This document shows positions 1 to 9,932 of a stretch of 64,000 nt of DNA, piece after piece. The notes beneath the pieces are model-generated. The model saw only the letters and a program-made list of their open reading frames with translations, was not told the origin of the DNA and ran no database searches. The stretch covers positions 21,753 through 85,752 of the forward strand of contig MFNK01000012.1 in assembly GCA_001782045.1 (NCBI GenBank). Direction: 5' to 3'. Source of the DNA: Candidatus Levybacteria bacterium RIFCSPHIGHO2_01_FULL_36_15b. Its GTDB lineage: Bacteria > Patescibacteriota > Microgenomatia > Levybacterales > UBA12049. The position numbers and the translations under genes are program-made. Within the stretch, counting starts at the first letter, position 1, and each line of letters begins with the position of its first letter.

Positions 1-860
1 TGATCTAGCGTAGCTTTAATAAGCTCCGGAAACATATGTGTCATCTCCTCTAGGTTTCTTGAAAACATCCGCACATTTTGTCCGTCTTTGTGGATCTGAA
101 CCCTGAATCCATCGTATTTATACTGAACATCGACCTCTCCCATTTTTTCGATTACTTTTTCGGGGTTGGGAAGTCTTTCGCAAAGCTCGGATCTAATTGG
201 AGAACCAACGCGGACTTCAAGCCGTTCGACTCCGCTCAGGCCCTTTTGCCAAAGGGTTTTTGCAATTAAACCCAAATCTGAGGTTCTATTGTAAGCCCCT
301 TCAAGTTTTTTTCGGTTTAGTTTGTCTCCTAATTTTGCTGTTGCTAGAGCATCCAAAATTGTAGGATCGCCAATTCCCAAACGCGTATTTCCAAGCGGTA
401 TACGCACTAAATGCTTTGCAGAAATAGCATCTAATTTTTTAAGAAGGCCAGAAAGCAGCGCTTGTCTTTTTTCTACTGTTCCCTCACCGCTTGTTTCTGC
501 AATTTGAGTCAAAACTTCAAAAACCTCGCTTACGGATAACTTTGAACTTTGAACTTTGAACTTTGAACTAAACTGCTCTGCAGTTTTTCCCATGTCTCCT
601 AATTTGTTGAAAAGATTTATTACTTTTTCTTTATCCGATCCATATGCGTTTGCTAAAGCCGAAGCAACACTTTTTTCCGCCATTCCCATTTCAACAGGTG
701 CATAAAATGGTGCTATTCTTCCTTGAATTAAATAAACAATTTTTTCGATTTCTTCCTCCGGAGTTTTATTAAAAAGCTCAGATAAAATTTCAATCAAAGA
801 AAGTCTAGAAGATGTTTCCTCAAGCTTTTCTAGATATTTTGCAAGTTCTGTAAATTTCAT
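1..860 (-). CDS. lig: ATP-dependent DNA ligase, N-terminal part (gene runs off the window start)
   Basis: Hand translation of the minus strand from the ATG at 858-860 gives MKFTELAKYLEKLEETSSRLSLIEILSELF..., then ...KYDGFRVQIHKDGQNVRMFSRNLEE, which contains the KxDGxR adenylation motif. There are no stops through to position 1. The plus-strand ORFs at 78..269 and 322..507 lie opposite it and are spurious. Confidence 0.75.
   Translation of the reverse strand, partial: MKFTELAKYLEKLEETSSRLSLIEILSELFNKTPEEEIEKIVYLIQGRIAPFYAPVEMGMAEKSVASALANAYGSDKEKVINLFNKLGDMGKTAEQFSSKFKVQSSKLSVSEVFEVLTQIAETSGEGTVEKRQALLSGLLKKLDAISAKHLVRIPLGNTRLGIGDPTILDALATAKLGDKLNRKKLEGAYNRTSDLGLIAKTLWQKGLSGVERLEVRVGSPIRSELCERLPNPEKVIEKMGEVDVQYKYDGFRVQIHKDGQNVRMFSRNLEEMTHMFPELIKATLD
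541..568. repeat. Tandem heptamer TTTGAAC x4, in-frame inside the ligase gene (encodes SSKFKVQSSK)
   Basis: Direct reading of ...aac tttgaac tttgaac tttgaac tttgaac taaac... Confidence 0.8.
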
Positions 861-861
861 G

Positions 862-1923
862 TTATGACATTATATACTTTGCGCCTTTTGTAACCCCATG
901 TTTTTTAATTATTCCAGCTTTAAGCAGAGCCTTAAGTTCGTTTAGTATTGTATCCTCGGAAATCATAGGAAATAAACCTTCAAAAGCCTGATTTTGCAGA
1001 TATCCTACTTTTTGAATATATTCTATAATTTTTAGCTGCCTCGGAGACAAAAGAATGGGTGCGCCACCTAATTTTTCTTTTAGCCTTGCATCAATAGAGA
1101 TGTTTTCTACTTTTTGTCGTATCTTGGATAGCTCGAAAGACAAACCCAAAGTAAAATATTCAAGCCATTTAGTTAAATCTCCATCGTACTTTTCCACACT
1201 TTGCAAAGCCTCGTAATACTTAAGAGCGTCTTGATCAAAATATTCCTCTAAAGAAAAAAATCGCCTTATATCATATCCTTCTAAAAATAAAATAAGAGTT
1301 GCAAAAGCACGGGCCACTCTTCCGTTTCCGTCTAAGAAAGGATGTATTCTAACAAATTCATAATGAACAATTCCGCTTTCCAAAACGGGGTGAATATCTT
1401 GATTTTTAGAGCTTTCTATAAACTCCAAAAGTTCTTTAATTTGAAAAGGAACGGCAACTGCCATGGGTGGTCTAAAAGAAATCTCACCCGTTAAACTATT
1501 TTTTACAACTACTTGAGTTTTTCTGTAAACACCATTCTGCGCTTCGGGTAAAATTTTATAAACTGTCATCCTGTGGAGCTCTTTAATTAAATCCTGAGTA
1601 ATTTTGAACTCTGAACTCTGAACTCTGAATTGCTCTATGTATTCCAAAACTTTTCTATAATTAATAACCTCCTGTACGTCTCTTTCTCTTGCTGCTATAT
1701 TGTGCCCCATTAAAACTTTTTCAGCCTCTGTTAGGTTTAGCTCGTTACCTTCGATGTGTGTTCCGTAATGGACAGAACGAACAAGAGCGTCTTCTCTAAA
1801 TTCTTTTTCAAAGTAGGGTAAAAGTGGTGCATGATCAATTATTTCTTTAGATGCCTCAATGGAGCCGATGTTTTTAAGGATTTGATTGCTAATGTAGAAT
1901 TTAGGCTTATACATGCGTAACAA
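862..1923 (-). CDS. fic: Fic/Doc family protein (adenylyltransferase-type fold)
   Basis: Fic motif HPFLDGNGRVARAFATL. The 353-aa ORF sits one base from the ligase start. Confidence 0.8.
   Translation of the reverse strand: MLRMYKPKFYISNQILKNIGSIEASKEIIDHAPLLPYFEKEFREDALVRSVHYGTHIEGNELNLTEAEKVLMGHNIAARERDVQEVINYRKVLEYIEQFRVQSSEFKITQDLIKELHRMTVYKILPEAQNGVYRKTQVVVKNSLTGEISFRPPMAVAVPFQIKELLEFIESSKNQDIHPVLESGIVHYEFVRIHPFLDGNGRVARAFATLILFLEGYDIRRFFSLEEYFDQDALKYYEALQSVEKYDGDLTKWLEYFTLGLSFELSKIRQKVENISIDARLKEKLGGAPILLSPRQLKIIEYIQKVGYLQNQAFEGLFPMISEDTILNELKALLKAGIIKKHGVTKGAKYIMS
1604..1630. repeat. Tandem heptamer TTGAACT/CTGAACT x3-4, in-frame inside fic (encodes RVQSSEFK)
   Basis: Direct reading of ttgaact ctgaact ctgaact ctgaat. 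It is related to the repeat at 541-568. Confidence 0.8.
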
Positions 1924-2222
1924 TTAACGCATAATTCCCGAAGAAAGTCAACAATATCAACTAAAAGAAGACTTTAGCTAAACCTAACCCCGTCTTTTGG
2001 GTAGTTTCCCATTATATAGTCTCTCGCCTCTTAATATGTCTCTTGGAGCATAAGACGACCTACTTACTCCTACTTCCGGCAAACGCGCGGCTGACGTATC
2101 AACTTTATGATTATCAATAAAATCTCTGGCGGCAGGACTGAATAATTCCGGTCTTTCTATAATAACTCACCCCATTTCCCTGCTTATTGATATATTAATA
2201 CCTATTTTTATCAAATGTCAAA

Positions 2223-2948
2223 TCAAAGAGTCTTTAAAAACCAGGAAATAATTTTGTTTTGAGAATCTTTTTTTTGTTTTGGCTGAACACTTAATCTATG
2301 TTTTGCTCCTTTTATAACATATTTTTCTTTCTTAGCTACATTTTTTGCCATATCAAAATATAAATCATCCATACCTTCAGGTAACACATCATCGAATTCA
2401 CAAACCTGAACCATTAATTTTCCACGATATTTTTTAATTTCTTTATAAGATTCACTTTCTTCAAATCCTAAATGATCTACCGCGTCTCTCTGTTTATTTA
2501 GCGAAGAGGACGAAAACGAAGCAGGAGCCTCAAGGACTATTGATTTGACATTAAATTTATTAGCTAGCATTGATGCAATATAACCACCAAAGCTTCCTCC
2601 GACAAAACCTAATCTATTTTTATCTAATTCAAGCACTGTAAGAAAAAACCCTACTGCTTCTATGCTATCTTCTATGCCCATTTCTACTGTTTGATCTTCA
2701 AATTTACCCTCGCTCGGACCTGCTCCTCTATAGTTAAAATGCAACGCTAATATCCCTTCTTCTGCCAGCATTTTTGCAGTTTCTAAATGTACAACACCTA
2801 TTCCACCACTCCCATGAAAAAAAATTACTCCTGGAAATGGACCTTTTCCCTCTGGGACAAATAAAGATCCACGGAGTGTTTCTTGCCCTACTTTAAATTC
2901 AACCTGCCTGCCGGCAGGCAGGCTTTCTTTTTTTACTTTTATTTTCAT
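2223..2948 (-). CDS. alpha/beta-hydrolase fold protein (dienelactone hydrolase / peptidase S9-like)
   Basis: GGSFGG nucleophile elbow, HGSGG motif, 241 aa. It overlaps the recF stop. Confidence 0.55.
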   Translation of the reverse strand: MKIKVKKESLPAGRQVEFKVGQETLRGSLFVPEGKGPFPGVIFFHGSGGIGVVHLETAKMLAEEGILALHFNYRGAGPSEGKFEDQTVEMGIEDSIEAVGFFLTVLELDKNRLGFVGGSFGGYIASMLANKFNVKSIVLEAPASFSSSSLNKQRDAVDHLGFEESESYKEIKKYRGKLMVQVCEFDDVLPEGMDDLYFDMAKNVAKKEKYVIKGAKHRLSVQPKQKKDSQNKIISWFLKTL

Positions 2949-3985
2949 AATTTTATCACTTTCATCTTTTTTAGATATTTTGCAGATACGAATTCCTTGT
3001 GGGTTGTGGAAATTATTGTTTGTTGTTTGCCAATCTGTTCTAAAATAAGTTTTATGTGACTGCTGTCGAGTTCGGAAAATATATCATCGAGTATTAAAAG
3101 TGGCTTTTTGCCTAAGACTTTTTCTACGTACTCAAGTTCCAGGCTTTTTAGCTGTAGAATTGCAAGCCTTTGCTGACCGCGGGAGCCGAAATATCTAACG
3201 TCATGCAAATCATGATTCTTCATAAGCAAAGAAAAATCATCTCGGTGAGGCCCAACCAAAGTTACACCCGCTGCAAGCTCTTCCCTTTCGTATTGCAAAA
3301 GCCGCAACTGTGATATTTCGCTTTTATCATAGCTAATTTCAAATTCAAAAATATCTTTGAGAGAGCTATTCACAAACTCTATGAACTCTTCACGTTTCTT
3401 AGTAATTATTTGCCCGTTTTCAATAACCTGATTATCCCAGTATTCAAAATGCTTAGGATTTTTCGTGCCAGAATCGTGGGCATTCTCTAAAAGTGCATTT
3501 CGCTGTCTTAAAGCTTTAACAAAAGAAATATTTGCAATTCTGTAGTCTCTGTCTACTTGTTCTAAAACGTTGTTTAAAAATTCCCTTCTAAGTGTTGGCG
3601 AATCCACAATAATATCTAAGTCTTGAGGTGAAAACAAAACTGCGGGTAAATTTCCTTCAAAATCTACCCTTCGCTTGGCAACCCCATTTATTAAAAATTT
3701 CTTGTACTGTGATTTGTTTCCGCCTAAGTTCCCGTTCGTCAGTACTACTTCAAGCTCCAAATCATCTACTTGGGCCTTAACTCTTCCAATTTCTTTTCCA
3801 AAATGAATCATTTGAGGATCAATACCCGCCCTGTTGCTTTTTCCTGTTGAAATTAAAAAGATTGCCTCGAGCAAATTGCTTTTCCCGGCGGTATTTGGCC
3901 CAACGATAAGAGTCGAATTTTCAGAAAATTCAAAGTCATCCTTTTTATAACTTCGAAAATTTTGGAGAAAAATGCTTTTTAGCAT
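2945..3985 (-). CDS. recF: DNA replication and repair protein RecF
   Basis: N-terminus MLKSIFLQNFRSYKK...GPNTAGKSNLLEAI (Walker A) and C-terminal signature LLILDDIFSELD. Confidence 0.85.
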   Translation of the reverse strand: MLKSIFLQNFRSYKKDDFEFSENSTLIVGPNTAGKSNLLEAIFLISTGKSNRAGIDPQMIHFGKEIGRVKAQVDDLELEVVLTNGNLGGNKSQYKKFLINGVAKRRVDFEGNLPAVLFSPQDLDIIVDSPTLRREFLNNVLEQVDRDYRIANISFVKALRQRNALLENAHDSGTKNPKHFEYWDNQVIENGQIITKKREEFIEFVNSSLKDIFEFEISYDKSEISQLRLLQYEREELAAGVTLVGPHRDDFSLLMKNHDLHDVRYFGSRGQQRLAILQLKSLELEYVEKVLGKKPLLILDDIFSELDSSHIKLILEQIGKQQTIISTTHKEFVSAKYLKKMKVIKL

Positions 3986-4008
3986 GCAGCTATTTTAGCA
4001 CAAGATGA

Positions 4009-4971
4009 TTATTTAAAGGCTATTATTGTTCTAAATTGTATATCAGACAAATTTTGCTCTCTACTATCTAGCCCTTGAGATTGTGCATCCTCAGCTCCTC
4101 TTATAATAACTTTTGCTTCTCTCCCAAACGATTTGTGGTGTGAGGTTGAAGTCCACTCAGGCCATATATTACGTTGTTCCAAGCGATTTAAATACAAATT
4201 AGTCTCCAATGCATTTGGGAGTCTTAATTCTGCTTGTCCTTCTTCAAGTCCTAATACTCCTTGAAGTATAAAATAAGTTCGGTCAGCTAGAATTTGTTGG
4301 ACTTCATGATAAGTTGAGGCTCTTGAATTTATACCTAAATATGTATTAAGTGGTGGTGGAGTTTGATTCCCGTAATAAGCGCCGTTAGGATTATCAGAAT
4401 TTAATTCTATGGCCACCCATTGTCCCGGCATTCGTGGAAGATCTATACTTTTATTTTTTACATTTTCCCAAAATTTATTGTTTATATTCCTATAATTTGC
4501 CCTAACGCCAATTTGCTGCTCTGTTAAATCTTCGTAAGGTTTCCAATTTGGATAATTACTATTTAAATATTGGGGAATCGTTTGACCTTGAGCAAAAAGA
4601 TCTATTACGCTTAAGTTTCCTTCTAGATCCGGCATATAAATTAGCTGCATGTTTAAATTATCTAACTTATCTATTAAACTTTTTGTAATTATTTGGTTTC
4701 CTTTTTCATCAACCGGTAAGGGTTTTATATAAAGACCTGTCCCCAAAATCTGTTTCCAAACCTTTTCTTCACGTTTAATTAAAGTTTTCCATAAATCGTC
4801 CTCTTTTTTTTCTGGAACTTGCCTTGTACGCTTTTTCTCTGTTTTTGGAACTTTTAGCAGCACTTTTGCAGCTTCTTCTTGCGGAGAAGTTCTAACATTG
4901 TACGGATCTAGATCCGCTACCTCGTCTGCTCTTGTAATACCTTCTTCTGATCTTAATTCTTCCATAGGCAC
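4009..4971 (-). CDS. Hypothetical protein, RADEVADLDPY-motif family, large paralog B
   Basis: N-terminal GITRADEVADLDPYNVR. Shares internal blocks with 4985..6037 (YPNWK, MPGQWVAIE, LIYMPDLEGNL). Confidence 0.55.
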   Translation of the reverse strand: MPMEELRSEEGITRADEVADLDPYNVRTSPQEEAAKVLLKVPKTEKKRTRQVPEKKEDDLWKTLIKREEKVWKQILGTGLYIKPLPVDEKGNQIITKSLIDKLDNLNMQLIYMPDLEGNLSVIDLFAQGQTIPQYLNSNYPNWKPYEDLTEQQIGVRANYRNINNKFWENVKNKSIDLPRMPGQWVAIELNSDNPNGAYYGNQTPPPLNTYLGINSRASTYHEVQQILADRTYFILQGVLGLEEGQAELRLPNALETNLYLNRLEQRNIWPEWTSTSHHKSFGREAKVIIRGAEDAQSQGLDSREQNLSDIQFRTIIAFK

Positions 4972-4984
4972 AATTATACCAAAT

Positions 4985-6037
4985 TTAGCCTGATTGAGGC
5001 TTTCTAATGTCTGAAAACCTTCTATCCCGTTTTCTGTTTATTCTCATTTCTTTTATTTTTTCGTTTCCTAATATAATTGGGACTGCAAGCGCTGCAGGAC
5101 CAGTCATAAGAGGAGAAAGCGGGGGAAGCGGTTTGGGTGGTTTTTCCTCTTTATCGAAGACAATCATTAATCGAAAACCCAAATCGTTTGTATCTTCGCT
5201 TACGTTTACAACTAATGCTTCATTTTCATCTGCTACCAAAACAAAGGGTGGTTTTTTATCTCCTATTCTTTGCTTATCCTTCCCAAAGTACGAACTGTCG
5301 GTCCATTCTAACTTGATGCCCTGATCCCAATTTTCTCTTTGGTTTAAAACATTCCATTCGATAAAATCGGGGAGTCTAATATGGGCATCCTTGGCAATTC
5401 CAAGTTCGGCCAACTTTCCTTTTCCCTTAGATTCTAATTCTTGATATATAAAATCCCATGAAACATCTCTCCTGGGTTTATATGGCGCAAAAAAATCTGC
5501 AAATGGCCTTACATCGTAAGGTTGGTCACCTTGTGGTACTTTTACATTTTCAACTGCTACCCACATACCGGGCAAAAATGGAAAATCGATATTTCTTGCT
5601 TTTACTTGCTCCCAATACCATTCTTCAGGTATATTTTTCCAATTGGGATAAACCTCCAAACGGTCATTCATAAAACCCTCAGCGCCTAATCGCTTTAGCC
5701 AGTTTAATCCAGCGAGATTTAAATTCGGAATATATCTTAAATCGAATCCTGCCTTTTCCAATGTTTTAAATGTTTCTTCATCTATCTGATGCGGCAAATC
5801 TTTAATGTCAAAAGCAGCTCCGCCTAAGACTTTTTTCCATTCGTTTTTTTCTCTTTTTATAATTTCTTGAGGGTTAAATTCGGGCTCTGGTTGCGGCTCT
5901 GGTTGCGGCTCTGGTCCAAGTAATTCTTTAGCTGCTTTTTCGTTTCCTTTTTCCCTAACTTTATATGGATCAAGTTCTGCGACTACGTCTGCTCTTGTGA
6001 TACCTTGCTCTAGTTCACTTGATTTTAGTTCGCTCAT
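4985..6037 (-). CDS. Hypothetical protein, RADEVADLDPY-motif family, large paralog A
   Basis: N-terminal GITRADVVAELDPYKVR. Has a PEPQ x3 repeat and the YPNWK and LPGMWVAVE blocks. Its stop overlaps the AAA+ gene upstream. Confidence 0.55.
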   Translation of the reverse strand: MSELKSSELEQGITRADVVAELDPYKVREKGNEKAAKELLGPEPQPEPQPEPEFNPQEIIKREKNEWKKVLGGAAFDIKDLPHQIDEETFKTLEKAGFDLRYIPNLNLAGLNWLKRLGAEGFMNDRLEVYPNWKNIPEEWYWEQVKARNIDFPFLPGMWVAVENVKVPQGDQPYDVRPFADFFAPYKPRRDVSWDFIYQELESKGKGKLAELGIAKDAHIRLPDFIEWNVLNQRENWDQGIKLEWTDSSYFGKDKQRIGDKKPPFVLVADENEALVVNVSEDTNDLGFRLMIVFDKEEKPPKPLPPLSPLMTGPAALAVPIILGNEKIKEMRINRKRDRRFSDIRKPQSG

Positions 6038-7881
6038 GAACTTCCACCGTTCCAGGAATTAAGAGTAGTTTGATTAAGATCTGAAACATTAAACTCTTCA
6101 GCTTTTCGCCCCTTTAAAAACCCTTTGAGGGCAAAAATTTCAACCAAGTAATATCTATCTTCTTCTGGATATGCCCTATTGTTTATAAACTCCATTGCTT
6201 TATCTCCAACATATTCTCTAAAACCCACGCCTTTTGCTTTTGCCGCCTGCCATCCAGCAAGCATTTCAAGCATTCTCCCAGGATCAAGTATTGCTTTTTT
6301 TAAGGAAGCCGTCTCGCCTCTAGTTGCTCCTGCACGAGCTTTAAGAATTTGCTCAGAAGTCCCTGCTCCGCTTACCACAACTTTTTTCCCTTGATATGCT
6401 CTTTGTATCCAATCTGCAGCATCGCACAAATTCTTAAGAACCGTTCCTGATTCTTCTCTTGTTAAAGGAATATTACCTCTCCTATCCATAAGTTGCGCCA
6501 GAGAAAGGTCATATACTTCGTGGGGAGGAATGTAGTCAACATCGATAGGGGCATCAAAAACACGCACTATCGCAGGATCCAAGTCTGTAGCAGTTGTATA
6601 TTTACTGCTTTTAATGTTTGCGGTTGCCGAAACTGCATAATCCGGTCCTGCATTTATTTCTCCGCCCGAATCAGTTTGTATTTTAATTCCCTTTTCTCCC
6701 GGCCTAACATTAAGAAGCGTTTTAATTCCCATTACAGCCTGGTTTGGAGCTCTGTCTATTTCGTCAAAAAGGAAAGGAAGGCCCTTTCCATCTCTACCAT
6801 TCATTGCCCTAATCATAGGAGCTGGCCTAAATTCGTCTCCTACCTGTACTTTAAATCCGGTTTTACCTAAAAGCTCGTAGATACTTAAGTCCTGATGTCC
6901 CGTAACATATTCTGGAGTAACGCCAAATAACGCACGAGAAGCATGTTTTAATAGCTCGGTTTTGCCGGTTCCTGTCTCTCCCGTTGCCAAAACTCTTCTT
7001 CCTTCTGCCCAAGCTTGCTGAATTTGTCTTAAATATCTTTTTCTTGAAGGTGTTTCTGCAAAATGATCACGATGCAGCTGTCTTTTATATTCCATTAACT
7101 CCATCGTTCTGGCTTTTCTGAAAACTTCTGCGTCTGAAAGTAAAACTTTTTTTCTTTCATCCACGTCTTTAACTAATTCTTCATTTTCTTGGATAAATTT
7201 ATTTTCCGCAGATGTTAAACCTCTTCCTGAAATTTGAGCTTCCCTTGCAAGTTTAGTTCGAATAAGATCTATTTGATCTACAAATTTGTCTAGTTTTCTT
7301 ACTTCCCTTGCATCTTTCCTTACCCTTGTTTCGTGTCCAAGTTCCAATAGTACCGCGTCATAAAGCCCGGGAGTTTTAAAAAGCTCTCCAATTCTGTTAT
7401 CAATTTCGACAAGTCTTTTTTGTCTTTCTGCATTCACTTGGGCAAAAGAGGTATTTTCTCCGTCTGAAACAAGAAGGGAATCAATTCTTCCCTGTTTTAT
7501 CAATTCTTTTTTACTATCTAGTGAAGCCTCCTGTTGTCCTTCTTTACTCCCTTCCGCCAACTCTTTTTTTACCTTTGCAGCTAAATCTTCTCTTCTTACT
7601 TTTCTCTCATTTAGTGAAGAACTATTAGGCGTAAGCGGAGTGCCCATTTCCCGCACCAACTTCCTTACAACGTCTGCTTTTAGCTCCTCTTTTTCTGCAA
7701 ACAAATCGTAAGCTTCCTGTTTTAGATCTGTTATGTCTGTGGGCGCAACTTTTTCTTTTACCTTGGAAATAATATTTTTTTCCGGAGCAGATTCTCCAAC
7801 GCCTTTAATTCTAAGCCACCTTTTAGCAGCTTCGGCTGAGTGATCTCCCTGGCTTACTTGTTCTTCTTGTTGATCTGGCAT
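6034..7881 (-). CDS. MoxR/AAA_5-type AAA+ ATPase (CbbQ/NorQ/GvpN-like)
   Basis: Walker A LATGETGTGKTELLK and Walker B LPFLFDEIDRAP. Its ATGA start-stop overlaps the vWA gene, as in MoxR-vWA pairs. Confidence 0.7.
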   Translation of the reverse strand: MPDQQEEQVSQGDHSAEAAKRWLRIKGVGESAPEKNIISKVKEKVAPTDITDLKQEAYDLFAEKEELKADVVRKLVREMGTPLTPNSSSLNERKVRREDLAAKVKKELAEGSKEGQQEASLDSKKELIKQGRIDSLLVSDGENTSFAQVNAERQKRLVEIDNRIGELFKTPGLYDAVLLELGHETRVRKDAREVRKLDKFVDQIDLIRTKLAREAQISGRGLTSAENKFIQENEELVKDVDERKKVLLSDAEVFRKARTMELMEYKRQLHRDHFAETPSRKRYLRQIQQAWAEGRRVLATGETGTGKTELLKHASRALFGVTPEYVTGHQDLSIYELLGKTGFKVQVGDEFRPAPMIRAMNGRDGKGLPFLFDEIDRAPNQAVMGIKTLLNVRPGEKGIKIQTDSGGEINAGPDYAVSATANIKSSKYTTATDLDPAIVRVFDAPIDVDYIPPHEVYDLSLAQLMDRRGNIPLTREESGTVLKNLCDAADWIQRAYQGKKVVVSGAGTSEQILKARAGATRGETASLKKAILDPGRMLEMLAGWQAAKAKGVGFREYVGDKAMEFINNRAYPEEDRYYLVEIFALKGFLKGRKAEEFNVSDLNQTTLNSWNGGSS

Positions 7882-9932
7882 TATTCCTCCTTTACTCTTA
7901 GCATATCATATAGATTTCCAACAGATAAATCGGACAAAAACTCCTCTAATAAATTCTCTACCGTCTGTGGCAGGTCTGATACTTTATAAGCTACTTTTCC
8001 GTCCGGGGCATAGGTTCGAACTACTGCGGCTCCTTCTTGAGAAACTCCGACTCCCACAACTTTTACTCCTTTTCCCCTCAAGCTTTGTAGTCTTTCTGCA
8101 ACTATGCTTGCATCGTTGCTTTCCCCGTCCGACATTATTATTACAATTTCTCTTTTTCTTCCCGACTTTAACTCCTCTGCATATTTTTTGTCTTGCATCA
8201 TTCTTTTATCCATTTCTGTTTCTATTTCTTCTAATGCGTCGTAATCGTTTGTACCTCCGCTGATATTAAGCAATCCTCTAAAATACTCTATTCTTTGTAC
8301 CTCTGTTAATTCTTTGGATAAAGGCTTATAAACTTTCGTTTGTGTATTCGTCGGAGCACCAAAACTTCGAAGTTCTGTTCGTATATCCAAATTTTCAATT
8401 AATTCCTGGCTTACGCTGTCTGAAAAATCTGAAAATTCTTTTAAGGCCTCCATCATAAGTATTGCTGTCCTTCTCTGAAATATGTGCTTATCGTAATCTC
8501 GCATACTTCCGCTTTGATCGGCAACTAAATGAATGGAAAAACTGGCTGGAATATTATCCGGCATCGTGTATCCTTCGAAATCTTTCATAGTTTTTGGATT
8601 TATTGCACCATGTCTAGTTTCTAAATAAGTTTGCGTAACTAGACCCGGGTCTACCATTACGCCTTCCTCTTTCAACGATCCAAGTCTTCTTTTAGGAATA
8701 GTTCGCTCCTGAATTATTCTTCTAAAAACTTTTCTTAAAGGTTCTATATAAGGCTCGATTTTTTGGTATTCACTGTAATACTCTGCTGCTTCTTCTTTGG
8801 TTATTCCATGTTCCTCTTCATATGCTCTATTTTCTCGTCTGGCTGGATCGGCATTTTTAATCGTTTCCCTTATTATTTGATCTAAATCTTTTTCCTTACC
8901 TTGTATTCCTCTGTTATCTTTTTTTTCATCTTCATCCTCAAAAGAGTCTGCCGGCGGCTGTTTTCCGCCTTGATTCTGATCGGAGCCACCTTTTTGCTTT
9001 TTGCTTTGATTTGATTGTTTTTCTTTGTCTTTTTTATCTTTCCCCTTGTCTTCTTTAGTATCGGGATGAGCTTCTTCCCGTTTTGCATATTCCTCTTCAA
9101 AAGGATCGCTAGATGGCTGACTTTGTCCTTCACCTTGTTGAGGCTCACCTTCTCCTTGACCCTGGTTATTTTTATCTTTATTTTTTTCCTCCTCTTTCTT
9201 TTTCTTTTCGTAATCCTCTTTGTCTTTCTGCCAAAGTTTATCAATTATCGGCTCTATATATTTTTCGGACAGTCTTAAGGCTAAATATGGATCCTGATCT
9301 GGATCTGTAGCAAGCTCTATAACATCTTTCCCCTTAATATTTCTAAGTTTCTTTATTTCCTCTTCTATTTCGGGGGAAATTTTTACTTCCTCTCCCGGTA
9401 CCATGGCGCGTCTTATAATTGCGTCCATAAACTGCAAATGCTTATATTGCTTAGTCATGTCTGTAACGGGAAAAAGTTTTTCTTTGTAAAGAGTTTGTGT
9501 TTGCGTAGCAAGGGATGGAGCAATTTTTAAAATAGAGCGGTTTCCTTTAATATCCTGTCTTATATTTTCCCATAGATGAATTCTCTTTTTTTTCTCGCTT
9601 CTTTGTTTTAATCTTTTATTAGCCTTATCTCCTTCAGGTGTAGACAAAAGCTGTGCAGTTTCTACCAAATGGGCTCTTATTTCGTGAAAAGATGCAAACA
9701 ATGCTTGAGATCTTGTGTGTCCTTTATCTTCAAAAAACTTAGGGTCGTAAGTTGCTTCTCCTGTTTCTGGATCTATCGCCCACTGATTTCCCCTTCTAAA
9801 TTTAAAGACCCCACCGCCCGCAATATCGCCTAAAATTCTTTCCTCTCTTGCAAAAAAAGAGGCTTCTGCCTCTCTCTTTTCTAAAACATCTTGTGGTGGT
9901 GCTTCTGTTTCCATATCACCAGTCATTTTCAT
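7881..9932 (-). CDS. von Willebrand factor A (vWA) domain protein with MIDAS motif and a long K/E/Q/G-rich low-complexity insert
   Basis: MIDAS DxSxS appears as HLVADQSGSMRD. The vWA-like C-terminal half ends ...VIIMSDGESNDA. The low-complexity segment maps to roughly 8900-9250. Confidence 0.7.
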   Translation of the reverse strand: MKMTGDMETEAPPQDVLEKREAEASFFAREERILGDIAGGGVFKFRRGNQWAIDPETGEATYDPKFFEDKGHTRSQALFASFHEIRAHLVETAQLLSTPEGDKANKRLKQRSEKKKRIHLWENIRQDIKGNRSILKIAPSLATQTQTLYKEKLFPVTDMTKQYKHLQFMDAIIRRAMVPGEEVKISPEIEEEIKKLRNIKGKDVIELATDPDQDPYLALRLSEKYIEPIIDKLWQKDKEDYEKKKKEEEKNKDKNNQGQGEGEPQQGEGQSQPSSDPFEEEYAKREEAHPDTKEDKGKDKKDKEKQSNQSKKQKGGSDQNQGGKQPPADSFEDEDEKKDNRGIQGKEKDLDQIIRETIKNADPARRENRAYEEEHGITKEEAAEYYSEYQKIEPYIEPLRKVFRRIIQERTIPKRRLGSLKEEGVMVDPGLVTQTYLETRHGAINPKTMKDFEGYTMPDNIPASFSIHLVADQSGSMRDYDKHIFQRRTAILMMEALKEFSDFSDSVSQELIENLDIRTELRSFGAPTNTQTKVYKPLSKELTEVQRIEYFRGLLNISGGTNDYDALEEIETEMDKRMMQDKKYAEELKSGRKREIVIIMSDGESNDASIVAERLQSLRGKGVKVVGVGVSQEGAAVVRTYAPDGKVAYKVSDLPQTVENLLEEFLSDLSVGNLYDMLRVKEE

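Noticed and set aside
78-507. Plus-strand ORFs 78..269 and 322..507
   Set aside because: They lie antisense to a continuous minus-strand reading frame with clear ATP-dependent DNA-ligase motifs (KYDGFR and others). They are frame shadows.
1924-2222. ncRNA (SRP/RNase P/6S) or Fic antitoxin in the 300-bp gene-free gap upstream of fic
   Set aside because: I found none of the conserved SRP or RNase P sequence blocks and no plausible small ORF. It is probably just the fic promoter region. This cannot be settled without a covariance search.
8882-9278. Lys-rich 120-aa minus ORF and 87-aa plus ORF
   Set aside because: Both are produced by the AAG/GAA-rich low-complexity segment of the vWA gene. They are not independent genes.
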